Shown: piece by piece, positions 9,826-19,101 of the stretch
Position numbering within the stretch: the stretch's first letter is position 1
Layout: every line of letters starts with the position of its first letter
Source: Candidatus Yanofskybacteria bacterium
GTDB lineage: Bacteria > Patescibacteriota > Minisyncoccia > 2-02-FULL-40-12 > IGHO2-01-FULL-4-A
Reading direction: 5' to 3'
Assembly: GCA_016185545.1 (NCBI GenBank)
Contig: JACPNJ010000005.1
Location: 79,013 to 143,012, forward strand
DNA: 64,000 nucleotides
Notes under the pieces: model-generated
Seen by the model: only the letters and a program-made list of their open reading frames with translations
Databases searched by the model: none
What the model was told of the DNA's origin: nothing
Program-made: the position numbers and the translations under genes

Positions 9826-10300
9826 AAAACAAAAACCCCTCGAATGGCCAAACTCGAGAGGTTGGTTCAAAAACAGGTGGCTACCACGACCATTACTTTT
9901 GGCCAAGTAATGGTCAGCCCGCTCAATGGCTACAGGCTCTCCCGGCCTGCCCATCGCTTCCACATGCCCGTCATGCCTTTCTCCTTTCGTTTCGGCATGC
10001 AGTTTGTCAGCCAGTAGGATCACCTTGCGGGTGATGCTGGCTGGGGTGGAAATATTAAGAGTCAAATTGACTCTCGGAGGAACGCGAGAGTCAGGAACAC
10101 TACTGGTCCGGCAACTCCTTCATCGTTACTCCTTTCGTAACGGGTTATTGGAAACCCGAGCGGAGCCAGCCTATCATGTGATCGGCGTTCCGCTGCTCGG
10201 GAGGAGATGCCGTGATAGCAGACGTTGGCGGACACGCAGTCCGCTCTGATGACGTCTTCACGGCAAGCAGAGTCGCCTTTTCTCATTTCCTCGGCAACCC
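9826..10300 (-). ncRNA. Putative large structured ncRNA of unknown family
   Basis: GC-rich island made of consecutive hairpins, GCAA/GAAA loops on the minus strand, 3' hairpin plus U-tract at 9826-9863, no credible ORF. Confidence 0.55.
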
Positions 10301-10541
10301 AGCAAACAGTCCCGAAAGATGTAAAGAACTAAGTCTTTTTATAATTAATTTCGGGACTTTTTGCTAGGCTCGAATCAAATTCAAGTTCAATTTAAGAAAA
10401 GTGGCTGGAGAAAGCTGTTTTTTAGCAACAGGTATGCGTCCCCCCGGCGCATCACTATTGCCAATCAACCCTCCCCAGCAAAATACCAACAAAATCAATG
10501 AATTATTGGCATTTTGCTAGGTTCAACTTATTACATATTCA

Positions 10542-11825
10542 TTATAACAAAATATCTACTATATTGTCAAGCTCTATTAGTTTGGCATCTTTCTCACCCC
10601 TCCTTTTTACTTCAACACTCTTCTTTTGTAAAGTCTTCTCACTGACGACAAATCGCAACTGACAGCCAATTAAATCGGCATCGGTAAACTTCTCACCGGC
10701 AGATTTGTCCATCCGGTCATCATACAAAACTTCTATGCCGCTATGCAAGACCTTTTCATAAATTTCATCTCCAGATTTTTCCGTTCCTTCCAATGCCAAT
10801 AGATGAACCTTAAATGGCGCTACCGCTTCCGGCCAAATAATTCCCTCATCATCATGGTGTATTTCCACCAAAGCTCCCATAACTCGCCCCAAGCCGATAC
10901 CATACGAACCCATGATCACGAGATGCGACTCCCCTTTCTCGTCAACAAATTTCAAATCAAACGCTTTTGAATATTTATCACCCAACGGAAAAGTATTGCC
11001 GACTTCAATTGATTTGCGCTCTACTATTTTGCCTTTGCATTTCGGGCACTGGCCGTTGTTCATTAATTTTGAAATCTCCTTATTCTCCGCGTATTCGCAT
11101 TTATCACAAATAAAAATCGTATCCTCGCCGATATCGGCAAGCACTTGAAACTCATGGGTGTTCTCCGCGGTAAATGTCCCGCCAGCGGCTATGGTATAAA
11201 TTGCCTTCAGCCCGCAACGGTGAAAAATCTTATGATATGCTCCTTTCACATCTTCATAATATCGCCAAAGGTCATCTTCCGAGGCGTGGAAACTATACAG
11301 GTCTTTCATCATAAACTCCCGCCCGCGCAATAAACCGGACTTGGCACGCGGTTCGTTGCGGAATTTGGTTTGTATCTGGTAAGCGGCAAAAGGCAGGTCT
11401 TTGTATGAACTGACGAAACGCGAAGCAATCGCCGTCAACACTTCTTCATGAGTCCAACCCAAAACAAAATTACTTAGAGGCTCAACCTCGTAGAGGCTCA
11501 ACCTCGTGGAGGTTGAGCCTCTACGTACTGCATGATCATTGGCTATCTTGAATCCTACCTCAACTTCCCATCTGCCAGTAGCATCAAGATATTTTTTTTC
11601 AACCAACGCCGGCATAAACATTTCTATCCCGCCGATCTTGGCCATTTCTTCTCTGATAATGCCAGCAATTTTTTGCATCACTCGCCAGCCCAACGGTAAA
11701 AAAGTGTAAATTCCCGCAGAGTTTTTGTATATGAAACCGCCACGCTCGAGCAACTGCGCATTAACGCTTGTTTCATCTTTGGGATTCTCGCGGGTTGTTT
11801 TGGTAAAAAGTTGAGATAACTTCAT
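10542..11825 (-). CDS. proS: Proline--tRNA ligase (short form without editing domain)
   Basis: THEE, QTKFRNEPR, LLRGREFMMKDLYSF, EVGNTF, MGSYGIG; start at MKLSQLF. Confidence 0.96.
   Translation of the reverse strand: MKLSQLFTKTTRENPKDETSVNAQLLERGGFIYKNSAGIYTFLPLGWRVMQKIAGIIREEMAKIGGIEMFMPALVEKKYLDATGRWEVEVGFKIANDHAVRRGSTSTRLSLYEVEPLSNFVLGWTHEEVLTAIASRFVSSYKDLPFAAYQIQTKFRNEPRAKSGLLRGREFMMKDLYSFHASEDDLWRYYEDVKGAYHKIFHRCGLKAIYTIAAGGTFTAENTHEFQVLADIGEDTIFICDKCEYAENKEISKLMNNGQCPKCKGKIVERKSIEVGNTFPLGDKYSKAFDLKFVDEKGESHLVIMGSYGIGLGRVMGALVEIHHDDEGIIWPEAVAPFKVHLLALEGTEKSGDEIYEKVLHSGIEVLYDDRMDKSAGEKFTDADLIGCQLRFVVSEKTLQKKSVEVKRRGEKDAKLIELDNIVDILL
11475..11523. repeat. GAGGCTCAACCTC-family palindrome in-frame within proS
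   Basis: 48/49 identical to 15413-15461. Confidence 0.93.
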
Positions 11826-11874
11826 TACTTTTATGATAACAAATTCGCGGCTTGGTGAATAATGCCTCATAGCA

Positions 11875-11953
11875 CCGTCAAAAGAGTGGATTGTAAGGTT
11901 TGCGAGCAGTATAATAGTAAAACACTGCAAGCAAAATCCACGCTTTTGACGGA
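11875..11953. repeat. Intergenic hairpin
   Basis: ccgtcaaaagagtggatt / aatccacgcttttgacgg. Confidence 0.7.
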
Positions 11954-11995
11954 ACGTAGCAACCTCGCTGGGGTTGCAAGTGGTGATAGGAGGCG

Positions 11996-12277
11996 TTATT
12001 CACCAAGCCGCGATTCGGGACATTCGCTTTTACGATGAAAATAATCAATTTTCCCAATGACCAGTTTGCCTTTTTCAAGAGGGGTTAATTTTATAACCGA
12101 TGAGCCCTTTTCTATTGGCTGGCCGCATCTGGCGCAAACATGTTCAACCCTGGTTTCTCTTATAAATTCCTTTAAATTTTCACCTAGCCATCTTGCCTTT
12201 CTTTTTAGGGATTCTCGTTTGGAAGTTTTTGGGTTCTTCTTGGGTTTTATATCAAAAAGTTCAAACTGATTACTCAT
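11996..12277 (-). CDS. Small basic protein with a CxxC...HxxxxC putative Zn site
   Basis: HVCARCGQPIEKG...FHRKSEC. Confidence 0.6.
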   Translation of the reverse strand: MSNQFELFDIKPKKNPKTSKRESLKRKARWLGENLKEFIRETRVEHVCARCGQPIEKGSSVIKLTPLEKGKLVIGKIDYFHRKSECPESRLGE

Positions 12278-12289
12278 ACAACTTTAAGG

Positions 12290-12466
12290 TAGAACCTTCA
12301 CGTTTGACCAAGTTCGAGGCGAGCGCGAGGAACGAACCGAGGCGTAGTAAAACTACGTCGAGGGAGTACTGGAGCGCTCAACGAAGAAATTGGGCAAACC
12401 CTTGTGGCTTGAGCCACGTTAAGCCCTAAAATTCTTGGGCTTCGTGGCTCAAGCGTGAAGGTTCTA
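12290..12466. repeat. MITE-like element at the rseP stop
   Basis: TIRs tagaaccttcacgtttga / tcaagcgtgaaggttcta; the terminal CTA is the rseP TAG. Confidence 0.8.
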
Positions 12467-13546
12467 CAAAAATTTGATAATATCTTTAGTTGTAATATAC
12501 ACCATAAGCAAAATCAAAAGCGCAAAACCGGCGGTGTTGATGCTATTCTCAATTTTTTTGGGAATCGGTTTGCCTCTTAACTTTTCTACGCCCACAAAAA
12601 GAAGACGTCCTCCATCCAACGCCGGAAATGGAATAATATTCAATACCGCAAGATTGATGGAGATAAGCGCCACAAATTGCATCAGATAAGTGAAACCGGA
12701 TCTAGCCGCTTTGCCGGTAATAACAGCAATACCAACCGGTCCGGAAAGCTCAACACCGGTCCGTCCGGTTACAAAAATATTTTTAATAATAGTGGCATAA
12801 CCGGCAACGGTGTAACCTAGGATATTAACAGAATCGGTTACTCCATGAATTACCGATTGCGGAAAAGGATATTGTACCAAGCCGGTAGCCGCTAGCGACA
12901 CTCCAAGCGCGCCCTCATTGGGCGGCGGATCAACCCGCGGAGTTATTTTTTTTTCAATTAAATCCTTTCCGTTTCTTATCAGTATTGTAATTTCACTGCC
13001 GGCATTTTGAGCAATAAACTCCTGTACCTCGTTTACATTTGAAACGGCCATAATTTCATCGTTAACTTTGAAGCCGACTATCTCATCAAGCGCTTGCAGT
13101 CCGGCCCGTTCGGCGGGGCTTTGCGCAGTCACCTGTATTATCTGTACTTTAATATTTTGGGCCTGACGAATTGCCGCCTCATCAACTAACCCAATGCGTA
13201 AACCGACGGCATTGCCAATGGTAAGCAAAAGCACCGCAAGCAGGAAATTCATTACTACACCGGCTACTATCACGCCAAACTTAGTGCTAGTCTTGGCTGC
13301 AGCAAAGCTTCTTGGATTTTCTAGTTCCTGTCCGTCTTCACCTAAAATTTTAACGAATCCGCCGAAAGGTATCCAGTTAACGGAATAAATGGTCTCACCG
13401 CGCTTGACACCGAATGCCCGCGGCGGGAAACCAAAACCGAATTCCTCCACTTTCATCCCCGCCCGTTTGGCCATAATAAAATGCCCAAACTCATGGACAA
13501 AAACCAGCACGCTTAAAACAATTATGAAAATTATCAGGGTAATCAT
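12464..13546 (-). CDS. rseP: Site-2 protease RseP (M50, PDZ domain)
   Basis: HEFGH, GFGFPP, NIIPFPALDGG. Confidence 0.95.
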   Translation of the reverse strand: MITLIIFIIVLSVLVFVHEFGHFIMAKRAGMKVEEFGFGFPPRAFGVKRGETIYSVNWIPFGGFVKILGEDGQELENPRSFAAAKTSTKFGVIVAGVVMNFLLAVLLLTIGNAVGLRIGLVDEAAIRQAQNIKVQIIQVTAQSPAERAGLQALDEIVGFKVNDEIMAVSNVNEVQEFIAQNAGSEITILIRNGKDLIEKKITPRVDPPPNEGALGVSLAATGLVQYPFPQSVIHGVTDSVNILGYTVAGYATIIKNIFVTGRTGVELSGPVGIAVITGKAARSGFTYLMQFVALISINLAVLNIIPFPALDGGRLLFVGVEKLRGKPIPKKIENSINTAGFALLILLMVYITTKDIIKFL

Positions 13547-13653
13547 TTGATAATAATATCAGAATTCGAACAAGAAAACCACCTATTGAACAAAAAGAAC
13601 TCGCATAGCCGGGCAGCGAGTTCTTTTGTATAAGTTGGTTTGTGATTTTTGAA

Positions 13654-14214
13654 CTATGCCAGTAATTCTGTTTCTTTTTTATTTTCCAGTTCCTCAATTT
13701 TTTTGTTGTAGTCGTCCACAAGTTTTTGGAGATCGTCTTTGGCTTTGAATTTATCGTCTTCGCTGATTTCATGCGCCTGTTCCATGGTTTGCACCTTGTG
13801 CCAGATTTCTTCCCGAATGCGTCGGATTTTAACCCGCGCTTCTTCGGTTTTTTGTTTAAGCAGTTTAATAAACTCCTTGCGCCGCTCCTCGGTCAAGGAC
13901 GGAATATTAAGCCGGATGCTTTGACTATCAACTACCGGATTCAGCCCCAATTCACTCTTACGTATCGCCCCCTCAATGGCCGCCATCACGCCCTTATCCC
14001 AGGGTTGTATTAATAGCGATCTCGGCTCCGGGGCCGTAATCGTCGCCAACTCTTTTATCGTCATCCTCTGCCCATATACTTCGACAGTAACATCTTCAAC
14101 CAGCGCCGGTGTCGCCCTTCCCGTCCTGATGGTCGCAATGTCGGTTTTATAAAACCCCAAAATTCCCTCAAAGTTAGACTTTTTTTGATTTATTAGGTCT
14201 TTAATATTAGTCAT
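13654..14214 (-). CDS. frr: Ribosome recycling factor
   Basis: IRTGRATP, PSLTEERRKE. Confidence 0.97.
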   Translation of the reverse strand: MTNIKDLINQKKSNFEGILGFYKTDIATIRTGRATPALVEDVTVEVYGQRMTIKELATITAPEPRSLLIQPWDKGVMAAIEGAIRKSELGLNPVVDSQSIRLNIPSLTEERRKEFIKLLKQKTEEARVKIRRIREEIWHKVQTMEQAHEISEDDKFKAKDDLQKLVDDYNKKIEELENKKETELLA

Positions 14215-14341
14215 TGTAACCTTGCATTATAAATCCTAAAAAAATTATACCAAAATACCTATCAAAATTTAGCTTGACTCACATTTATTAATATGCTATA
14301 TTGAAAAATGCAGATAGAACAACAAGAAAAAGGAGTGAATT

Positions 14342-14647
14342 ATGCCAGAACAGATACTTAAAAATTTGGAAGGCTTGAAAGCGCTAGACGCCATTGTTGT
14401 AAAGAAAGCGATCCAAGACCTGCGTCAGGGTGGCCAGTTTATGATTCAGACTGCAAGATATTTCTTTTTGGACGGCCAAGGGATTGATGAGTCTGATCCC
14501 CTTACCTTTCAGGCTTTGTGTTCACGCAACAACATTGATCCCAACCGCGCCGCCAAGTTAATTTGGCGAAAATTATCCCAAAAAACACAAAATGAACTTT
14601 TGTGCTTCTTCAAGCAAGCGAGCTACGAGTTTCCTAAAACCAACTAA
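14342..14647 (+). CDS. Hypothetical protein
   Basis: TTGACT-17-TATATT promoter (14274-14302), AAGGAG SD, downstream hairpin plus U-tract. Confidence 0.7.
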   Translation: MPEQILKNLEGLKALDAIVVKKAIQDLRQGGQFMIQTARYFFLDGQGIDESDPLTFQALCSRNNIDPNRAAKLIWRKLSQKTQNELLCFFKQASYEFPKTN

Positions 14648-14716
14648 GTGGCTGCTTATTTTTTGTATAGTCATCACCGCCATAGCATCGGCGGTTCTTT
14701 TTTTAGTATTTCAAAA

Positions 14717-15625
14717 CTAGGCTAGCGAAACGAGAAAATTTTCTAGAGCTAATCTCTGATTAAACTGCGGCTTGTTTATTACTTCGTATAAAACAAGCAG
14801 ATTTTTGAGAATCTTGTGGGTTTTGGGTTCGTTCAAGCGCATTCTTAAATAAAGCATCCAGTACAAAACTTTCTTAGGCAATTCAGCTTTGTTTTTTTCA
14901 TCGGTAAGTTTTTGGGCAATGGTTAGCCGCTCATTGATATCCGATTTAATCAAATACATCACTTCTTCAACCGATTCTTTAACTTCATCAAATGATTTTT
15001 CATCTATGATTTTTTTAATAAGCCCTATCCTACCGTTGGCAAAATCAGTCAAAAAATCAATTTTAGTTTTTGATAATTTAAAATCTGCCAAAAAAATTTT
15101 GATAACCGTTTGCGAATGTGGCTGAAACTTAATTTCCTGACAACGGGAAACTATGGTCGGCAAAAGCGACTCCGAATTAGCGGAAACAAGAATCAGGATA
15201 GACGATAAATTCGGTTCCTCTAGAACCTTCAATAGGGCATTCTGCGCTTCCACTGTCATCAAATAAGCATTATCAATAACCACAAATTTATACGGACTAG
15301 CGCTATAGGGACTTAACGAAATAAAATTTTTAATTTTGCGCACATCTTCAATGGCTATAGTCTGTCCGCTTTCGGAATTGGCCGAATTGACAAATAAAAC
15401 ATCCGGATTATTTAGAGGCTCAACCTCGTAGAGGCTCAACCTCGTAGAGGTTGAGCCTCTAAATAGACTTATTTTAAACAAATTCTGTACCAATTCCAAC
15501 GCAAATGTACGCTTACCTATCATGTCTTGGCCGGTAAAAAGATAGGCATGGCTTAATTGGCCATTTTTTATGACTGTTTCAAAAAAAAATTTATTTTTAT
15601 CAAAACCGATTGTATGCCAAGTCAT
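14717..15625 (-). CDS. holB: DNA polymerase III delta-prime subunit
   Basis: HAYLFTG, AQNALLKVLEEP, LLPTIVSRC. Confidence 0.92.
   Translation of the reverse strand: MTWHTIGFDKNKFFFETVIKNGQLSHAYLFTGQDMIGKRTFALELVQNLFKISLFRGSTSTRLSLYEVEPLNNPDVLFVNSANSESGQTIAIEDVRKIKNFISLSPYSASPYKFVVIDNAYLMTVEAQNALLKVLEEPNLSSILILVSANSESLLPTIVSRCQEIKFQPHSQTVIKIFLADFKLSKTKIDFLTDFANGRIGLIKKIIDEKSFDEVKESVEEVMYLIKSDINERLTIAQKLTDEKNKAELPKKVLYWMLYLRMRLNEPKTHKILKNLLVLYEVINKPQFNQRLALENFLVSLA
15413..15461. repeat. GAGGCTCAACCTC-family palindrome in-frame within holB
   Basis: Encodes RGSTSTRLSLYEVEPL, as in proS. Confidence 0.93.
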
Positions 15626-16755
15626 GATTGTTGTATCATTCCCAAAACTTCTTCAGCGATTATTGGCGCCGCACTGGGACGAGCGAATTGCTTGATTCTT
15701 TCCGATCGCTCTACACGGCTTTCATAAGCATTTTCTATTTCATTGACCAAAATGTGCGGGGTTAGATTCTCTTCTTCTATCACAACCGCTCCGAATTTGG
15801 CAAATTCTCTGGCATTGGCAAGCTGATGATCGCTGGCCGCGCCTTTGAGCGGTATAATTATAGCCGGCTTGCCGACCGCGGCTATTTCAAAAATAGTTCC
15901 CGCACCGGAACGCCCGACAATTACATCAACGGCGGAATAAGCCAAAGCCATTTGTTTTAAATCAAAAACCGGATAAAGCCGGTAGTTATCGGCGATGGTT
16001 TTTCCATAAGTCCCCCCGCCTTCTTTTACAATGGTAAGTACACGGGTATTGGTATCATCATAATTTTGGGGGCCGCTTTGGTGGATCAACTGAAATTTTT
16101 TGATTAATTCCACCAGTGAGAGCAAAAGAACTTCGTTAATGGTTTGGGCTCCCTGGTTGGCGCCGGTAATTAAAACAGCCGGTTTTGACGGATTAAGATT
16201 AAAAGCTGCTAATGCTGCCGCTTTATCAGTAAGATTCGCAACCCCGATTCTAATTGGATTACCGACAACCTCAACAAGGTCCTGTTTGAAATAGTTTTTT
16301 GCTCCGTCAAATGCTAAAAAAATCTTTTTGGCCCATTTGCTAACCCAAAGATTCGCCTTGCCTGGCACAATATCTGATTCGTGAATCACTACCGGAATTG
16401 CCAAAATACGGGCCACGAGCGCAGGTATAAAAGAATCATAGCCGCCTTTTGAAAAAACTAAATCAGGCATAAAACGCCAGATGTAAAAAAATGCCTGTAA
16501 AAATCCGAATGGCGCTTCTAGAATATCAATGAAATTATGGTAGCTGAAATAGCGTCGCCACTTGGGACTGAAAATACTTTTTGTGGCAATACCGATTGTA
16601 GCAGCTGTTTCTCTTACAAACCCGTCAGCGCCGATGAATTGGAGTTCCAAGTTAACACCACTTTGTGCTGATTGTTTTTGCAGTTCTTCAGCTACGGCAA
16701 TAAGCGGGTAAAGATGCCCGCCCGAACCGCCACCGGTTAACAAAATGCGAAGCAT
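15622..16755 (-). CDS. murG: Lipid II GlcNAc transferase MurG
   Basis: TGGGSGGHLYP, KGGY, HESD, GNPIR, RSGAGT, HQLANA. Confidence 0.96.
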   Translation of the reverse strand: MLRILLTGGGSGGHLYPLIAVAEELQKQSAQSGVNLELQFIGADGFVRETAATIGIATKSIFSPKWRRYFSYHNFIDILEAPFGFLQAFFYIWRFMPDLVFSKGGYDSFIPALVARILAIPVVIHESDIVPGKANLWVSKWAKKIFLAFDGAKNYFKQDLVEVVGNPIRIGVANLTDKAAALAAFNLNPSKPAVLITGANQGAQTINEVLLLSLVELIKKFQLIHQSGPQNYDDTNTRVLTIVKEGGGTYGKTIADNYRLYPVFDLKQMALAYSAVDVIVGRSGAGTIFEIAAVGKPAIIIPLKGAASDHQLANAREFAKFGAVVIEEENLTPHILVNEIENAYESRVERSERIKQFARPSAAPIIAEEVLGMIQQS

Positions 16756-16763
16756 CTTGTTTG

Positions 16764-16794
16764 TTTCTAGTTTCTAGTTTCTAGTTTCTAGTTT
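16764..16794. repeat. Heptamer array (TTTCTAG)x4 just upstream of murG
   Basis: Direct reading of the sequence. Confidence 0.9.
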
Positions 16795-16830
16795 TTTTAA
16801 CCAGACGCCAGCAATAGAACTAGTGACTAA

Positions 16831-17082
16831 TTAAATCGCACCTTCTTGATGTAAAAGTTTTTGTTTTAGTTTACCACCGCGGTTATACCCGCCAATTTTA
16901 CCGTCATTTCTAATCACCCTGTGGCACGGTACATTGAGGTCATGATTTTTATTCAGCACGTTTCCCACCGCCCGATAAGCCCTTGGCCTACCAATAGCCT
17001 TCGCCACTTCCGTATAAGTCATCGTCTGTCCACGCTTGATGTTCTTAACTACATTATAAATTCTTTGTTCAAACTCGGTCAT
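16831..17082 (-). CDS. ogt: O6-methylguanine-DNA methyltransferase (single domain)
   Basis: RAVG and PCHRV active-site motif. Confidence 0.9.
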   Translation of the reverse strand: MTEFEQRIYNVVKNIKRGQTMTYTEVAKAIGRPRAYRAVGNVLNKNHDLNVPCHRVIRNDGKIGGYNRGGKLKQKLLHQEGAI

Positions 17083-17119
17083 ATTGACTTTTGTATAGAC
17101 ATTTTGTTATCATATAAAC

Positions 17120-17252
17120 AAGGGTTGACTCACTTTCTATTATCTATCCCTTAGGCCCTTAGGCTATGCGCGGCATCTACTCTGTTGCCGCTGGGTAAAG
17201 CCCCTCCCTGGCCATTTTGGCCCAGGCCACGTTCCAACCCGCGTGGCTTTTT
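17120..17252 (+). ncRNA. Possible small RNA
   Basis: TTGACT/TG-TATCAT promoter at 17084-17113, GC hairpins, terminator gccacg..cgtggc plus T-run, no ORF. Confidence 0.35.
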
Positions 17253-18965
17253 TTATTTTAATAATTTAAGCATTTCTCGCCAAACTCTTGTATTTATCAC
17301 GTCTTTTTTGCCAGACCACCCTCTGCGCGCTTGAGCTATACCTAATTCCAAAAATTTGAAGTGGCTAATATCATGAGCATCGGAATCAATCGCCAGCTTG
17401 ATTCCAGTATCAATGGCTTTGCGGATATATTCGTCTTTGAGGTCCAGACGTTCCGGCCAAGCGTTGACTTCCAGCACCGTTTTGGTCCGTTTAGCGGCTT
17501 TTATAAGCTCATCAATATTCACTTTGTACGGCTCTCTTTTTTGTATCAACCGACCCGTGGGATGGAATAATATATCGATGTTCGGATTTTCTATCGCCCT
17601 AATTATACGCTTCGTCATTTCAATTTCCGACATAGTAAAATTAGAGTGTACAGACGCTCCGACTACATCAAGTTTGGCCAACACCTCGTCATTTATATCA
17701 AGCGTGCCGTCTTTCAGTATATCCACTTCGCTACCCTTGAGAATTTTAATGCCGCTAATTTGTTTTTGAACTTTATCAATTTCAGCCATTTGCTTGGTCA
17801 GCTTTTTTTCATCCAATCCGCCGGCCATAGCAAGTCGCTTGGTGTGGTCGGTTATAACAATATATTCAAGCCCCAGTTTTTTTGCCGCTTCAGCCATTTC
17901 CTTAATTGAATGTTCGCCATCAGTCCAATCGGTCTGAACCTGTAAATCGCCACGCAGATCATCATAACCGATTAGTCTCGGTAATTCTCCCTTAAATGAT
18001 GATTTTATTTCTCCGCTATTCGTTCTAATTTCCGGCTCCATCCACTCCATGCCTAATTTTTTATAAATCTCCTCTTCTGTTTTTCCAGCGACAAGTCTTT
18101 TACTTTTAAAAAGTCCATACTCGTTCAACTTGTATCCTTTTTTAATCGCAATCTCCCGAACGGCTATATTGTGGTATTTGTCTCCGGTAAAATATTGAAG
18201 CGCCGCCCCGAATGATTCCGGCGGCAGAACGCGTACGTCGGCATTCATTCCCATTTTTAACCGCACCGAGGTTTTAGTCGGACCTTTGACCAATATTTCC
18301 TGAACTTCAGACATTTTTACAAAATAATCCATAACTTTCGCTGGCATGTCGGAAATAACCAGAATGTCTAAATCACCCACAGTTTCCTGCATCCTCCTGA
18401 TTGAACCGGCTGGTTCGGCCCGTTTGATATAAGGCAAGCCGCGCAAATCATCCAGCATTTTGCGGACAGTCGGCAAAATATGGCCCAACAAAAAACGGCC
18501 GTGTGACTGCCGCAGGAATTCTATGCCTTTTAATATTTTTTGCTCGGATTTCTCGCCAAGACCCTCAAGTCCCCGCAATTTGCCAGCTTTAGCTGCTCTT
18601 TCTAGGTCGTCTTGATTCTTGATTCTTAATTCTTGATATAATTTTTTAACCAGCTTTGGTCCAACTCCTTCAATACCCATCAGCTCCTCCACTTCAATAG
18701 GAAATTGTTTTTTTAACTTTTCGTAATCTTTAATATGACCTGTTTTGATATATTCTTCAATTCGTTCGGCAATGCCTTGGCCAACACCAGATATGTCTTC
18801 AAGCGCTTTGAGTCCGCCTTTTTTATAAATTTCACCTATGCCCTCTTCAAGAGATTGTACGGAAAATGCCGCATGCTCATACGCCCGCGGCTTAAATTCC
18901 ACTTCTTTCATATCCAAAAACGCCGCCATCTCCCCCAAAATTTTCGCCAGCCCCTGGTTAGACAT
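17253..18965 (-). CDS. polX: DNA polymerase X with PHP domain
   Basis: AGSIRR, GDLDIL, YFTG, LNEYGL, C-terminal PHP domain (TDH, HPTGR, SDAH). Confidence 0.95.
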   Translation of the reverse strand: MSNQGLAKILGEMAAFLDMKEVEFKPRAYEHAAFSVQSLEEGIGEIYKKGGLKALEDISGVGQGIAERIEEYIKTGHIKDYEKLKKQFPIEVEELMGIEGVGPKLVKKLYQELRIKNQDDLERAAKAGKLRGLEGLGEKSEQKILKGIEFLRQSHGRFLLGHILPTVRKMLDDLRGLPYIKRAEPAGSIRRMQETVGDLDILVISDMPAKVMDYFVKMSEVQEILVKGPTKTSVRLKMGMNADVRVLPPESFGAALQYFTGDKYHNIAVREIAIKKGYKLNEYGLFKSKRLVAGKTEEEIYKKLGMEWMEPEIRTNSGEIKSSFKGELPRLIGYDDLRGDLQVQTDWTDGEHSIKEMAEAAKKLGLEYIVITDHTKRLAMAGGLDEKKLTKQMAEIDKVQKQISGIKILKGSEVDILKDGTLDINDEVLAKLDVVGASVHSNFTMSEIEMTKRIIRAIENPNIDILFHPTGRLIQKREPYKVNIDELIKAAKRTKTVLEVNAWPERLDLKDEYIRKAIDTGIKLAIDSDAHDISHFKFLELGIAQARRGWSGKKDVINTRVWREMLKLLK

Positions 18966-19101
18966 ATAACTAAAATAGCAAAAAAATTGTTAAATAAAAA
19001 ACGAGTAAAAGATGACAAATTAACGTAAAACTATTGGAATCAAGCATAGAACGGGGTAAGCTACTTGCGCCATACTCGCTACGCTGCGTGCGGGCAGGTG
19101 C

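Noticed and set aside
9796-10286. ORFs 9796-10017, 9811-10065, 9926-10249 and 10062-10286
   Set aside because: They overlap each other, have no recognisable motifs, and are better explained by GC-rich structured RNA. The SD-like AAAGGAG-ATG starts give only 7- and 14-aa peptides.
9826-10300. RNase P, tmRNA or T-box identity for the structured region
   Set aside because: No GAGGAAAGUCC/AACCCGGC P4 signature, no tRNA-like ends or tag ORF, and it lies downstream rather than upstream of proS.
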